The notes under the pieces: generated by a model
The model's input: only the letters and a program-made list of their open reading frames with translations
Databases searched by the model: none
Told to the model about the DNA's origin: nothing
Program-made: the position numbers and the translations under genes
DNA from: Trichodesmium erythraeum IMS101
GTDB lineage: Bacteria > Cyanobacteriota > Cyanobacteriia > Cyanobacteriales > Microcoleaceae
NCBI RefSeq assembly: GCF_000014265.1
Contig: NC_008312.1
Location: 6,810,001-6,842,000 of the forward strand
Direction of reading: 5' to 3'
Length of the DNA stretch: 32,000 bases
Shown: one piece after another, positions 9,742 to 19,500 of the stretch
How the letters are laid out: the number at the start of each line of letters is the position of its first letter
Numbering within the stretch: the stretch's first letter is position 1

Positions 9742-9953
9742 AAGGTTTACTGGGATATACCCTTTCTAAATAATACTAAATCCAATTTAGACAACCTTGC
9801 CAAACCCAAGAAATTATAAGTGGTTCATATAGCTCATGTTTTGACTCAAGGTTTACTGGGATATACCCTTTCTAAATAATACTAAATCCAATTTAGACAA
9901 CCTTGCCAAACCCAAGAAATTATAAGTAGTTCATATAGCTCATATTTTGACTC
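9742..9953. repeat. Tandem duplication, 2 x 106 bp, intergenic
   Basis: Unit 1 is 9742-9847 and unit 2 is 9848-9953. The units begin AAGGTTTACTGGGATATACCCTTTCTAAATAATACTAAATCC.. and differ at only two positions by eye (aagtGgttc vs aagtAgttc; catGtttt vs catAtttt). Confidence 0.9.
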
Positions 9954-9986
9954 ATAGAAAAAAAGTACTAATCAAAATTTGAAAGT

Positions 9987-10193
9987 TCAATTCAATTTTA
10001 AAGCACTAACAGGCACATCATCCCAAGACTCAACAATTCGCAATGTAGCTTTCCATCCTTGTTCTTTTTGAGTATCAGTTAAATTTTTTTTAAAAGATTC
10101 ATGGCATTCTTGGGCTTGCAATTTCTCACAACAGGCAATACAAGAGTAGACAATACCAGATGGATCTATCTGTTCATTTACCCAAATAGTCAT
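9987..10193 (-). CDS. Small hypothetical protein (68 aa, Cys-containing)
   Basis: ATG start with a GAGG motif about 11 nt upstream. The composition is protein-like and includes C-x2-C-C-x8-C (SCIACCEKLQAQEC). I recognise no family. Confidence 0.4.
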   Translation of the reverse strand: MTIWVNEQIDPSGIVYSCIACCEKLQAQECHESFKKNLTDTQKEQGWKATLRIVESWDDVPVSALKLN

Positions 10194-10474
10194 AGTTAAT
10201 AACCTCAGTATATATTTTTCAATTGAAATCCTCTACAACCTAATAGTTTTAACTTGAGCTGATAGTTCAAACCCCAAAGGCTTAAAGCTATAAAATCTGT
10301 TTGTAATATGCATATCCACATTCTGCCAATTGTAAAAGGGTATTTTTTCAAGTTATAGCTGTTCAGGAAATAAGGCATTAGGGAATGGGACAATCCTATT
10401 TTTATACCCAAATTTAGTAGATACTATAGATGTTAACAATAGTCAAGTTAAATAGATTTAGCCACTACACACAA

Positions 10475-10506
10475 AAAATTCTGAATCCAAATAGACTCAG
10501 AATTTT
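10475..10506 (-). terminator. Candidate terminator hairpin downstream of the GNAT gene
   Basis: AAAATTCTGA at 10475-10484 pairs with TCAGAATTTT at 10497-10506 (10-bp stem, 12-nt loop), with A/T runs on both sides. It lies 120 nt past the GNAT stop on the minus strand. Confidence 0.3.
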
Positions 10507-10626
10507 ATAGTAGCAGTAAATTTTTAATTTTGATCTTAAATCTGATATAGCAATTTCTACTACCCTTCGGACATTCTCGATCTTCTTTTGCCTGAAGCAC
10601 AGAAATGATTTAACTTTTAACTTCAG

Positions 10627-11148
10627 CTATAATTCCTGTTGAGATGCTAACTTCCCGAGAGCATTGTCAGTAACACGACAGATACGCCACTCGTCTAAAA
10701 TTGACGCACCCATATGTTTATAAAATCCGATCGCAGGTTTATTCCAATCTAAAACGCTCCATTCTAAACGTCCACAATTTTGGGATACTGCCAACTGGGC
10801 CAAATAACTGATCAGTCGCTTTCCTATACCCCGCCCTCTATAATCAGGTAACACAAATAAATCTTCAATATAAATACCGGGTTGGGTTAAAAAAGTTGAA
10901 TAGTTATAAAAGAATAAAGAAAAACCGACAGGTTTGCCTGTCAATTCAGCAATAATGGCTTCAGCCATGGGACGATAATTGGATCTATCGCTATCAGGTT
11001 CGCCAAATAAATGAGCTTCCAAGGAAGCAACATTACCTGTAACAGCATGAGATAAATTTTCATACTCAGCTAGGGCCTTAATTAAGTCAAATAGAATAGA
11101 TACATCTGCTCGTTTAGCAACACGCAGCTTTAGTTCATCGAGGGACAT
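10627..11148 (-). CDS. GNAT family N-acetyltransferase (diamine/spermidine acetyltransferase-like)
   Basis: 173 aa. Acetyl-CoA motif A RGRGIGKRLISYLAQLA. The context ..FFYNYSTFL..PGIYIEDLFV.P.YRG.GIG....EW.VLDWN.PAI.FY...GA is typical of SSAT-like GNATs. Confidence 0.8.
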   Translation of the reverse strand: MSLDELKLRVAKRADVSILFDLIKALAEYENLSHAVTGNVASLEAHLFGEPDSDRSNYRPMAEAIIAELTGKPVGFSLFFYNYSTFLTQPGIYIEDLFVLPDYRGRGIGKRLISYLAQLAVSQNCGRLEWSVLDWNKPAIGFYKHMGASILDEWRICRVTDNALGKLASQQEL

Positions 11149-11259
11149 AAATTTAACTACTATAGCACTATAAAAAAGTGTTAGGATATTGATAAAATTG
11201 GAGTTCTTGACGACAAATCGTTGGGACTTTAGCTGACAGCGATATGATTTTGAATTTAA

Positions 11260-12414
11260 TTAAAAACGATTCAACCATCCTTTTAAACGTTCAGCCACTT
11301 GAGGGCGACGTAACTTTCGCATTGCTTTAGCTTGAATTTGTCGTACTCGTTCCCGAGAAAGATTAATCATCCGACTAACTTCATCCAAAGTATGAGGTTC
11401 TCCTGTGATTAAACCATAGCGGAGACTGATGACATCTTGCTCACGATTGCTTAATACATGATTTAATACCTCCAAGATATCCTGGCGCATCATCATATCA
11501 TTCATTTGTGCTTCTGGAGTACTATTTTCATTATCTTCTAAGAAATCTAACAGTTCAGTATTTTCGTCAGTACCTAAACGATGATTCAGAGAGAGAGTTT
11601 TCCGACGAATTTGCTGTAGGTTGCGCAGTTGTGGGAGAGAAATTTCTAGTTCTTGAGCAATTTCTGTGTCATTGGGAATACGATTTAAACTCCGTCTTAG
11701 GTCGCGGTAAACTCGTCTAAGTTTGTTAATTTGTTCAACTACATGAACTGGTAGACGAATAGTACGTCCTTGGTTAGCAATGGTGCGGGTTATTCCTTGA
11801 CGAATCCACCAATAGGCATAAGTAGAAAACTTATAGCCCTTATCTGGATCAAATTTTTCAGCGGCGCGATTTAATCCTAATGCTCCTTCTTGAATCAAAT
11901 CTAGAAAAGGTACCCCACGGTTTAGATAACGCTTGGCAATTGAAACTACTAGACGCAGGTTAGAACTAATCATTCGACGTTTGGCTGTTCGACACTGATG
12001 TAAGCGATGATCTAGTTGTGATTCTGTGAAACCTGCTGCGACTGCTACTTCAGATTTTGTAGGTGTTCGTCCTAAGTCATTTGCCAGTTTCTCTGGCAGT
12101 TTTTCAAATACTACTAACTCTTGAATTAACTTCGCTAATTCTATTTCTTCTTTTTGATTCAGAAGAGGATAACGAGACATTTGCTTAAATAATGCTCCTA
12201 CTGCATCATCTATATCTTGTTGATTTTCTGAGACTGGAATGGTTGTAGCTGATATATTCATACTAGAATTCTCCTGATTTTGAGTTTCTTTATGTAGAGA
12301 TTCGGCAACGATCAAACTGATTTGTTTCATCTGATCTGCCATGTCTGATTTATTATTGGAGTCTGGTGATGAGATTTGATGCTTACCTGAATTATTGGGA
12401 AGTAGAATTTTCAT
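11260..12414 (-). CDS. RNA polymerase sigma-70 family factor (RpoD/SigA family, group-2-like)
   Basis: 384 aa. Region 2: DLIQEGALGLNRAAEKFDPDKGYKFSTYAYWWIRQGITRTIANQGRTIRLPVH. Region 4.2: TLDEVSRMINLSRERVRQIQAKAMRKLR. The N-terminus is divergent. Confidence 0.85.
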   Translation of the reverse strand: MKILLPNNSGKHQISSPDSNNKSDMADQMKQISLIVAESLHKETQNQENSSMNISATTIPVSENQQDIDDAVGALFKQMSRYPLLNQKEEIELAKLIQELVVFEKLPEKLANDLGRTPTKSEVAVAAGFTESQLDHRLHQCRTAKRRMISSNLRLVVSIAKRYLNRGVPFLDLIQEGALGLNRAAEKFDPDKGYKFSTYAYWWIRQGITRTIANQGRTIRLPVHVVEQINKLRRVYRDLRRSLNRIPNDTEIAQELEISLPQLRNLQQIRRKTLSLNHRLGTDENTELLDFLEDNENSTPEAQMNDMMMRQDILEVLNHVLSNREQDVISLRYGLITGEPHTLDEVSRMINLSRERVRQIQAKAMRKLRRPQVAERLKGWLNRF

Positions 12415-13144
12415 AATTCGTGTTTTTTTCTATTATATAGTTTGCTGATCGTAAATAGTTTATAAGATATAATGGAAGTGTTAATTTATACCAGAAACCT
12501 CAATTATTACTTGACAATTTAACTTAATATCAACAACTCAATATCAAAAGAAACTAGTAAAAATATTGAACTACCACATTTTTTACTTTGTGTCAATAAA
12601 CAACTAAGAATAATCTCAATCCTGAATTCAACTTAATTCCTGAGATTTATCTTTAAAGATATTTACATAACTAAATAATTGTTTAATAATCAATTAATAT
12701 ATTAATATTTAGTTATATCAGCCCAAGCATGACACCAGGAAAACGAGAAAACTTCAAAGCAACTACCTGTAAAGTTTTAACTAAAGCTGAATACTGAATG
12801 CGATATCTGTTGAAAAACAAATAACAATATCTATTTCAAAACTTTAATCTGTAATTGGCTGTATTGATAAATACAAATTAGATATTTTATGCCGGAATTT
12901 TTAATTTTAAAGGGAATAGGAAATAGGGAAGAAAAAATCAACATTCATATTAGATTATATCTCATTATTTTCCAAAATGCTGTAATGATTTTGATTAAAA
13001 AAAATTAGGCAAACCATATTTATAGCTATTTGTAACAAAGTTAACTGCTTTATTTTTCTATTAATGCACTATTAATTATACTGAACTTTGGAAATAGAAG
13101 TGGATAGGATCGAAATCATATTATAATCAAGACTTACACACCCA

Positions 13145-13740
13145 AATAAGAAAGCGGGTCTATTGTCCTGAGAATTATTTTTGAAATCACCAAATTTTAT
13201 TGATCAACCCGGGTTATGGATAAGTCCGAATAATCTCATATTCAGTTGAAGAGTGAACTCTCTACTCCCTACTCCTGTTAAACACTTTTGATAGAGTTGA
13301 TGGGTAATTTCGCTCCCTCACCTCTCCTTCACGTTCCATAGATGAGAGCTTCGCTCCTCATAGGACTGCTGATACTAGATATACGTTTAAGAATTTGCCG
13401 TTCAGAAGACTAGCTCCGACCCTTCTAGCAGTTCCACTAAACTCACCCAAACTTATATAAGTGCGATGGCATAATTTTGATCTGGCTTCAGTGTTTACAC
13501 ATCTACCACTGACCGCAGTCTGTAACTTATCTTCGTACACAATTTAGCCACAAAATACCAAGGAAGCTAAAGCTACTTATACACCTAGTTTTCCCTTGTT
13601 AACCGTAGCATTAAAGTTTCTGTCTACCTTCAAACCGCAGTTGCTACATTCATAAGTTCTCTTATGCAATGGCATTTTCTGTTTAAAACTAAATTGAGAA
13701 AAGATTTGAGAACAGTAAAAGCATATTTAGAAGTAACTCA
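13145..13740 (-). mobile_element. Decayed 3' relic of an IS200/IS605-family tnpB (with the region where an omegaRNA would be encoded)
   Basis: Minus-strand codons 13675->13577 read MPLHKRTYECSNCGLKVDRNFNATVNKGKLGV*. This matches the TnpB C-terminal zinc-ribbon/RuvC-III signature (..R.Y.C..CG...DRD.NAA.N). Flanking frames are broken by stops and shifts, and no N-terminal tnpB part or tnpA is present. Confidence 0.5.
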
Positions 13741-13865
13741 AACTACTCGAACCTAAAAGTTGGGCTCAAAAATTTACGATCCTATTTGTTACTCTACTCC
13801 CAAGCTTTCCTTATTTTTTTGGGGGGAGGTTAAGTTACAGTAACCAGAAAGTAAAAAGCAAAAAC

Positions 13866-14747
13866 CTACCCTTGTGAACTACTCACTAGATCTGCAACCA
13901 AGCAAGCTAATTCCTCTGTTGGACCAAGAGGAGTAGTCATATGAAACTGAATAGTAGGATATATTTGGGATAGTTGATTAACTGTATCCGCGATCGCGTC
14001 AGTAATTCCCCCATTAAACAGAAAGTAAGGCAAAATTCCAATTTTTTTATATCCCTGTTTCATTAAGATATCAACCCTAGACTTGAGATCAGGAGGAACA
14101 GACCAATAAGCTGTACACACTAAAACTTTGCAACTACTACTGAGAAACTGGGAGATTTTTTCCACAACTTCATTACTCTCAGTGCGGCGACTACCATGAG
14201 AAATAATGACCCAAGCTTCAGCTATAACAGAAGTCATTTTAGTTGCGAGTAGATTTACCATTTTGGGATGGGAACCAATATAAGGGTACAAGTTTACTTT
14301 AATTGGAATATTAATTTCTAATTTCTTTTCAAGCTTCAAGTGACTCTTTTCTTCGTGCAAAACTATCTTAGAGGTTGCATTTGCTTTTACTCGCTCTCGG
14401 AATATCTGAATTTCCGCGGGAATATCTTCGGTGACATGAACTCCCGGCAAAAGAAATAAAGGTATAATTTGGATTTGACTAATATGGAGTGCTCGTATAC
14501 TTTGCCAAAAATCCTCTATTTGTTCATGTAAAGGTTTCGGTCCAAGTTCTAATACACCTGTAGTAATCATAGGATATCTTAGTATATTGTTATGCTGCCT
14601 AAAATATTTACTTAAAGTTGTTTGTTTAGATAAAAGATTAGCTAGTGTCTGTAATTCTAGCTTTGGTCGTGGGTCACGGCTACCATGAGATACTAAGAAA
14701 TATGTTGATAAGTAGTTATTCATAAATAAGTCGTTGACAAAGTTCAT
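13866..14747 (-). CDS. cbiX: Sirohydrochlorin chelatase, CbiX-type (two CbiX halves)
   Basis: 293 aa. It has two repeats of the CbiX signature: VSHGSRDPRP...IPLFLLPGVHVTEDIP and IISHGSRRTESN...LPYFLFNGGITDAI. Confidence 0.75.
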   Translation of the reverse strand: MNFVNDLFMNNYLSTYFLVSHGSRDPRPKLELQTLANLLSKQTTLSKYFRQHNNILRYPMITTGVLELGPKPLHEQIEDFWQSIRALHISQIQIIPLFLLPGVHVTEDIPAEIQIFRERVKANATSKIVLHEEKSHLKLEKKLEINIPIKVNLYPYIGSHPKMVNLLATKMTSVIAEAWVIISHGSRRTESNEVVEKISQFLSSSCKVLVCTAYWSVPPDLKSRVDILMKQGYKKIGILPYFLFNGGITDAIADTVNQLSQIYPTIQFHMTTPLGPTEELACLVADLVSSSQG

Positions 14748-16230
14748 TTAATGTTTAATACTTAATAGATACTCTCAAAACTTTAAAATTAGGTTTTTTA
14801 GTACTCGCTAAAAGCTGATTACTCTAAGAAAATAATAAAAAGCAAATATCAATTTTAACTACTAATTAATCTCTTGATAATTATTTGGAGAAAATCACAT
14901 TTACTAATCATAATTTTTTGATCACATTATTGCTCCCTTTAAATATAAGATTATTTCATATACTTTTTATTTTGTCAATTATGTAGTAGTTTTTTGATTG
15001 TAGGGAGGGACAAATATATTTTTTTACTTTTAATCAAGTCGGGATTAATTCTTTAGCTTGTAATTGAGTAATTAATTTTACTCATTCTGTTGTATGTGGC
15101 AAAGGAAAGCTTAATCTTTATCATTGTAGGGAAGTTTGAGTAAGTTTTTTTAGAAAAAACTACTCAAAAAAACTACCGACGGCAATGCTAATAATTATAA
15201 TTATTTCTAAATTTATGCGGCTGATAAATAGTTCAGCTTCAGGTAATTATAAATATTTATATACAGGTGAATATAAAGTGATTTTTATAATTATAATTCA
15301 TGACATTTAGGAGTAAAAATGATACTTATATTTCATTGATAAAAAAACTGACTTTTATCGCAATATAAAGCTAACTAGATAGATTGTTTATAACAAAATA
15401 ATTACTAATGTCAGGTTTTTCTATATAAAGATTATGCTAATTTAGAAGTTTTATTAGATGTATTTTGCTTCTAAATTATTTTTCCATTTTGTAAATATAT
15501 TTCTAAGTTTTTAATATTTATTTATTGGCAATAAATTAATTACTGTTAATTATAAAATCTCAAAAAACAAGAGTATAAATTGGTATAATTACAGTCTTTT
15601 TTAATAAACTATATATACATAAAACTTGTAATCAAAACTGTTTTCTGGGAAGATTAATTACTATAGTAATAGAGATTTCCTCTACAAAAAAATCTATTAA
15701 AACTAATTAATAATCTTATTGAGGTACAATAATATTTTCCAGCTTAATATTCTGGCGAATAACATTTTTACTATGTATATAGTTAATAAACTATAGCAAA
15801 CTAATCAGTATTTTCTTAACATAACTATCTGTAGTTGTGTCTTATGTTGCTACTATTTTAGCGAGAGTTTATCCTCTTATCTAAGTAAAATTTATCTGCT
15901 CTATCAGCAAAATTAGCATATAATTTATATATGTGGCTATGAGTATCCCCTAATTCTGCCAAAATGCCTGCTTCTCCTTGAAAGAATTTTGCTGTTTTTT
16001 GGTAAAGATGGAGATTATTGGTCACTACTTTAAGTTGCTTAATTACCCAGGAGCAACCACAAGATATTTGGGTATTTTTACTAAAAAGATTTTCCCAAAT
16101 CTAACACTACTGATGGTTCATACAACTCTTTGCAGGGATTGTTTAAAACTAGAGGTTTAAAATCAATAAATATTACCAATTTTTTATTATTTAAAATCAC
16201 ATACTTATAGGCTATATAACAAATAAAAAA

Positions 16231-17475
16231 ATGAGAAAATTATTAGGGTTAACTTTTTTAACAGTGGCAATATCTGGCTTTTCTACAGTAAAATTTCCTC
16301 TTGGATTAAATAGTTCGATGTCTTTTTTCAGTCTGGTTAATGCTGCTGAAAAAGATGACAAGATTCAGACAAAATATCTTCCCAATAATCAGGATAATAA
16401 CAAAATAAAATTTGGTGGTAAAAAGTTAATTAATCCCATAGTACCTATTTCTGAAAAACCATTAAATTTGCATTACCTTAAATTTGACAATATGACTTTA
16501 AAGTCTTTAGATTTATTTGGTAATGCTTTCTTAAAATTATCTATTTTATCAAAGCAAAACATTTTCAAAGAACTACCAGTCGGTCCGTCTCAGCCTCCCA
16601 CAAGACCGTTAATTGATGTTCGCTTAAATAAAGGTAGTCAAAAAAAAGAAATTAATAAATTACCAGCATCAAATATTCAAGAAGATCCCAAGTTTAAATT
16701 AGTGATGGAGTATGCCATAAAACAGAATCTTGCTCAACTTTCTATGGCAGAAATTATGCAGGCGATCGCTGCTTATTTTATTGATACTCCTTACAAAGCT
16801 GGATTATTAGACCAATCAAATAAAGAGTCCTTAATTATTACTTTGGATGGATTTGATTGTGTATTATTTGTGGAAACTGTATTGGCAATGGCTAGGGGAA
16901 TAGCGATGGAAGATTATTCTTATTTGACCTTTATTAATCATATTAAAAACCAGCGTTACTGGAAGGGTAAAATGGATGGATATTGTAGTCGTTTACATTA
17001 TTTTTCTGAATGGATTGCTGATAATCAAAGGCGTGAAAATGTTATAGATATAGCTATTAAATTAGGTGGAAAAATGGTTAATAAGCAATTATTTTTTATG
17101 AGCAAAAATAGATTAAAGTATCCACAAATTGCTAGGAATGAGGTTAACTATCAGTGTATTGTTAGTATGGAAAATAGTATTAGTAAACTTAAAATAAATT
17201 ACATTCCTTACTATAGAATTAGCAGTATTTATTCTCAGCTAAAACCAGGAGATATTGTTGCTGTAGCGACAGAAATTAATGGATTAGATGTTACTCATAC
17301 AGGCTTAGTTTATCGTAATTCTGATGGTAATATTGGTTTTATTCATGCTTCTCCTGCTGGAAAAGTAACTGTTGCTTATGATTTAGAAAGATATATTTGG
17401 AATGTGGAAAGTGCTATTGGTATTTTAGTGGCAAGACCTGTCGATCCAAGGTTTGAACTTCAGCACTATAATTAA
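16231..17475 (+). CDS. Secreted DUF1460-family protein (N-acetylmuramoyl-L-alanine amidase-like fold)
   Basis: 414 aa with an N-terminal signal peptide. The motifs ..TPYKAGLLDQ...SLIITLDGFDCVLFVETVLAMARG..., ..YCSRLHYFSEWI..N... and ..GDIVAV......LDVTHTGLV.....G...FIHAS.. match my memory of DUF1460. Confidence 0.6.
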   Translation: MRKLLGLTFLTVAISGFSTVKFPLGLNSSMSFFSLVNAAEKDDKIQTKYLPNNQDNNKIKFGGKKLINPIVPISEKPLNLHYLKFDNMTLKSLDLFGNAFLKLSILSKQNIFKELPVGPSQPPTRPLIDVRLNKGSQKKEINKLPASNIQEDPKFKLVMEYAIKQNLAQLSMAEIMQAIAAYFIDTPYKAGLLDQSNKESLIITLDGFDCVLFVETVLAMARGIAMEDYSYLTFINHIKNQRYWKGKMDGYCSRLHYFSEWIADNQRRENVIDIAIKLGGKMVNKQLFFMSKNRLKYPQIARNEVNYQCIVSMENSISKLKINYIPYYRISSIYSQLKPGDIVAVATEINGLDVTHTGLVYRNSDGNIGFIHASPAGKVTVAYDLERYIWNVESAIGILVARPVDPRFELQHYN

Positions 17476-17670
17476 AGATGTTCTAATACATTTATTACTA
17501 TTGGTAGGCTTTTTTCAGATTGCGCTTGCTCATAAGCAAACTCTAAATCAAACATTTAAACTGATATAATATAGTTTTTATGATTTTTTTTTGCTAATAT
17601 TTTCTAAGGCTACAGAGATGACTTTAGTATTATCTGTAATTAGACAAAGATACTACTATAAAGCAAAAAT

Positions 17671-17702
17671 AGGAAGATAAAAAACTTTGTATTTTTCTTC
17701 CT
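17671..17702 (-). terminator. Candidate intrinsic terminator between the convergent DUF1460 and PBP4 genes
   Basis: AGGAAGA at 17671-17677 pairs with TCTTCCT at 17696-17702, extended by A/T pairs. On the minus strand it is followed by ATTTTTGCTT. It lies 28 nt past the PBP4 stop codon. Confidence 0.4.
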
Positions 17703-17729
17703 ACTTCTTATTTCTTCCCTCTTACTTTT

Positions 17730-19058
17730 TTATATAATTTCGCTACGAGAAGTTTTAGTTTTTCTCTGAGGATTAGCTGTTAATTCTGGTGACAATGACT
17801 CAGCATTACCCCACTTTTTCACAATATCTCTTAGTAAAATTTCTTGTTGATTTCTTAATTGAGTTACACTAGGTCCTTTATTCAGAATTGTAAACCAAAT
17901 AACTCCTTTTTCTTTGGTTGGTAAAGCACCTGCTAAACTACTAACATAATTTAGAGTACCAGACTTAACTACTGCAAAATTTGGAAGTTGTTTACGTTCA
18001 TCTAAAATACCTTTATCTTTACCAACTATAACAAACGCATCTGCCACACTCATATTGTATTGCTGAAGATAATTATTAATTGCTAGAAACATTCCTGTAG
18101 CAGCCCTAGGAGAAATACGATTTTCTTCTCCTAAACCAGAGCCATTAATTAATTGAATTTCTTCTTTTGGTACTCCTGTCAATTCAGCAGCTTTTGTTGC
18201 AACTACTTGATAACCTCCTACAGCTTCAGCTAACATATCCGCCATTAAATTATTGCTATATTGATTCATTTTTTTGACTAGTTCTACTAGGGGAAAAGAA
18301 TAATGCCTAATTAATAGTTTTATATTTTCAGGAGTACTGGGAGAAACTTCTACAACACCATCAATTATGACTTGAGGTTTTGGGGTTTCTGGAGGTAAAG
18401 TTTGATATTGAGTTAAAGCTTCTCTCTGCCAAATTTGACTATTTAATCCTTGTTTAAGTAAATTACCAGCAGTCTTAGCATTAGATTCAAAGTTCATATA
18501 AAATTTACCAGTAATAATGAGATTCCCAGTAACTCTTTGAATGCCTATTTTATTTAAAAGATTACCAATAGCGATCGCTTCTTCCCAAACAAAAAATGGA
18601 TCTTCTCCTCCTTGAATAATTAAATCCCCATTTAATACACCATTTTCAATTTTTCCTGTTGTGGCAATTAAGGTAATAAATTGATGGTCAGGATTAAAAG
18701 TTTCTAAGGCAACTAAAGAAGTTGCTACTTTAGTAATTGAAGCTGCTGGCAAAGGAATTTTACCTTGATGATTTGCGAATAAAGTATCATTTGATTGTAT
18801 CCAGACTCCTTGATTTTGTGGAGAAAAACCTTGAGTAGTTAATCTTTTTAAATATGTCTGTACTTCACCAGAGGTTATTGAATTTGAGTTATCTGTAGGT
18901 AATGTTAAGGGTTTTTCAGGAATTTTAATTGATATTTGTGATACTTGTGGAGAAAGACTTATTTTAGGGTTAGGAGATATTATTTCCGGTTTGGGAGATT
19001 GACATCCAGTTAGATATAAAAAAATACAGATAGTAGTTAAAGGTACTTGTTTTTGCAT
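17730..19058 (-). CDS. dacB: D-alanyl-D-alanine carboxypeptidase/endopeptidase, PBP4 (peptidase S13) family, lipoprotein
   Basis: 442 aa with lipobox L-T-G-C. It carries the motifs SxxK (PAASITKVATS), SxN (YSNNLMADMLAE) and a K(T/S)G variant (VKSGTLNYVSSLAG). Confidence 0.75.
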   Translation of the reverse strand: MQKQVPLTTICIFLYLTGCQSPKPEIISPNPKISLSPQVSQISIKIPEKPLTLPTDNSNSITSGEVQTYLKRLTTQGFSPQNQGVWIQSNDTLFANHQGKIPLPAASITKVATSLVALETFNPDHQFITLIATTGKIENGVLNGDLIIQGGEDPFFVWEEAIAIGNLLNKIGIQRVTGNLIITGKFYMNFESNAKTAGNLLKQGLNSQIWQREALTQYQTLPPETPKPQVIIDGVVEVSPSTPENIKLLIRHYSFPLVELVKKMNQYSNNLMADMLAEAVGGYQVVATKAAELTGVPKEEIQLINGSGLGEENRISPRAATGMFLAINNYLQQYNMSVADAFVIVGKDKGILDERKQLPNFAVVKSGTLNYVSSLAGALPTKEKGVIWFTILNKGPSVTQLRNQQEILLRDIVKKWGNAESLSPELTANPQRKTKTSRSEII

Positions 19059-19500
19059 TAGTTTAATTTGAAATTATTATGGTAAAAATTTAGTAAATAA
19101 GTTGTAGGTTCCTTGATTTTAGAAAAGTAGCTAGCTTCTCCCTAGGAGTAACCAAACAGATAATATCATGTATTTAAATTTATCTGATTAGCACTTACAA
19201 ATAAACTCGGTTGATCGAAAAAAAATTGTGAAGCATGAAAAACAATAGTCAGGGCAATAGACCCGATTTATTGTTTAGGTATTTACTCACTTAAGTTATA
19301 TTTATTTTAGTTAGTTATCAAAAACTATAATTTAATAATTTACTTAATTTCACATAAATTTTATCATAAAAATAATATCTAATTTCTGCTAAAGTTAAAA
19401 GAATAAATAGTGGGTTAAACTATAAAAGTTGATCCACTTCTGATTGAATATAAATGGTTTTTGTCAATCTGTGCCAAGGAATCTAAAATCTAATATTATT

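Noticed and set aside
9742-9953. CRISPR array
   Set aside because: There are only two directly abutting 106-bp units with no spacers between them. No other repeat-spacer structure and no cas genes occur in the window.
10205-10411. ORF 10205..10411 (-)
   Set aside because: It is an intergenic AT-rich ORF with implausible composition and no RBS.
11508-11720. ORF 11508..11720 (+)
   Set aside because: It is antisense to the well-supported sigma-factor gene.
13358-13540. ORF 13358..13540 (-) as an independent gene
   Set aside because: It is better explained as a frame-shifted fragment of the decayed tnpB 3' region.
14748-15000. Cobalamin riboswitch upstream of cbiX
   Set aside because: The upstream sequence is almost pure A/T and lacks anything like the GC-rich B12 box.
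15978-16160. ORF 15978..16160 (+, TTG start)
   Set aside because: It has a non-ATG start and no recognisable motif, and the opposite strand is equally open. I mention it only as part of the GC-richer islet finding.
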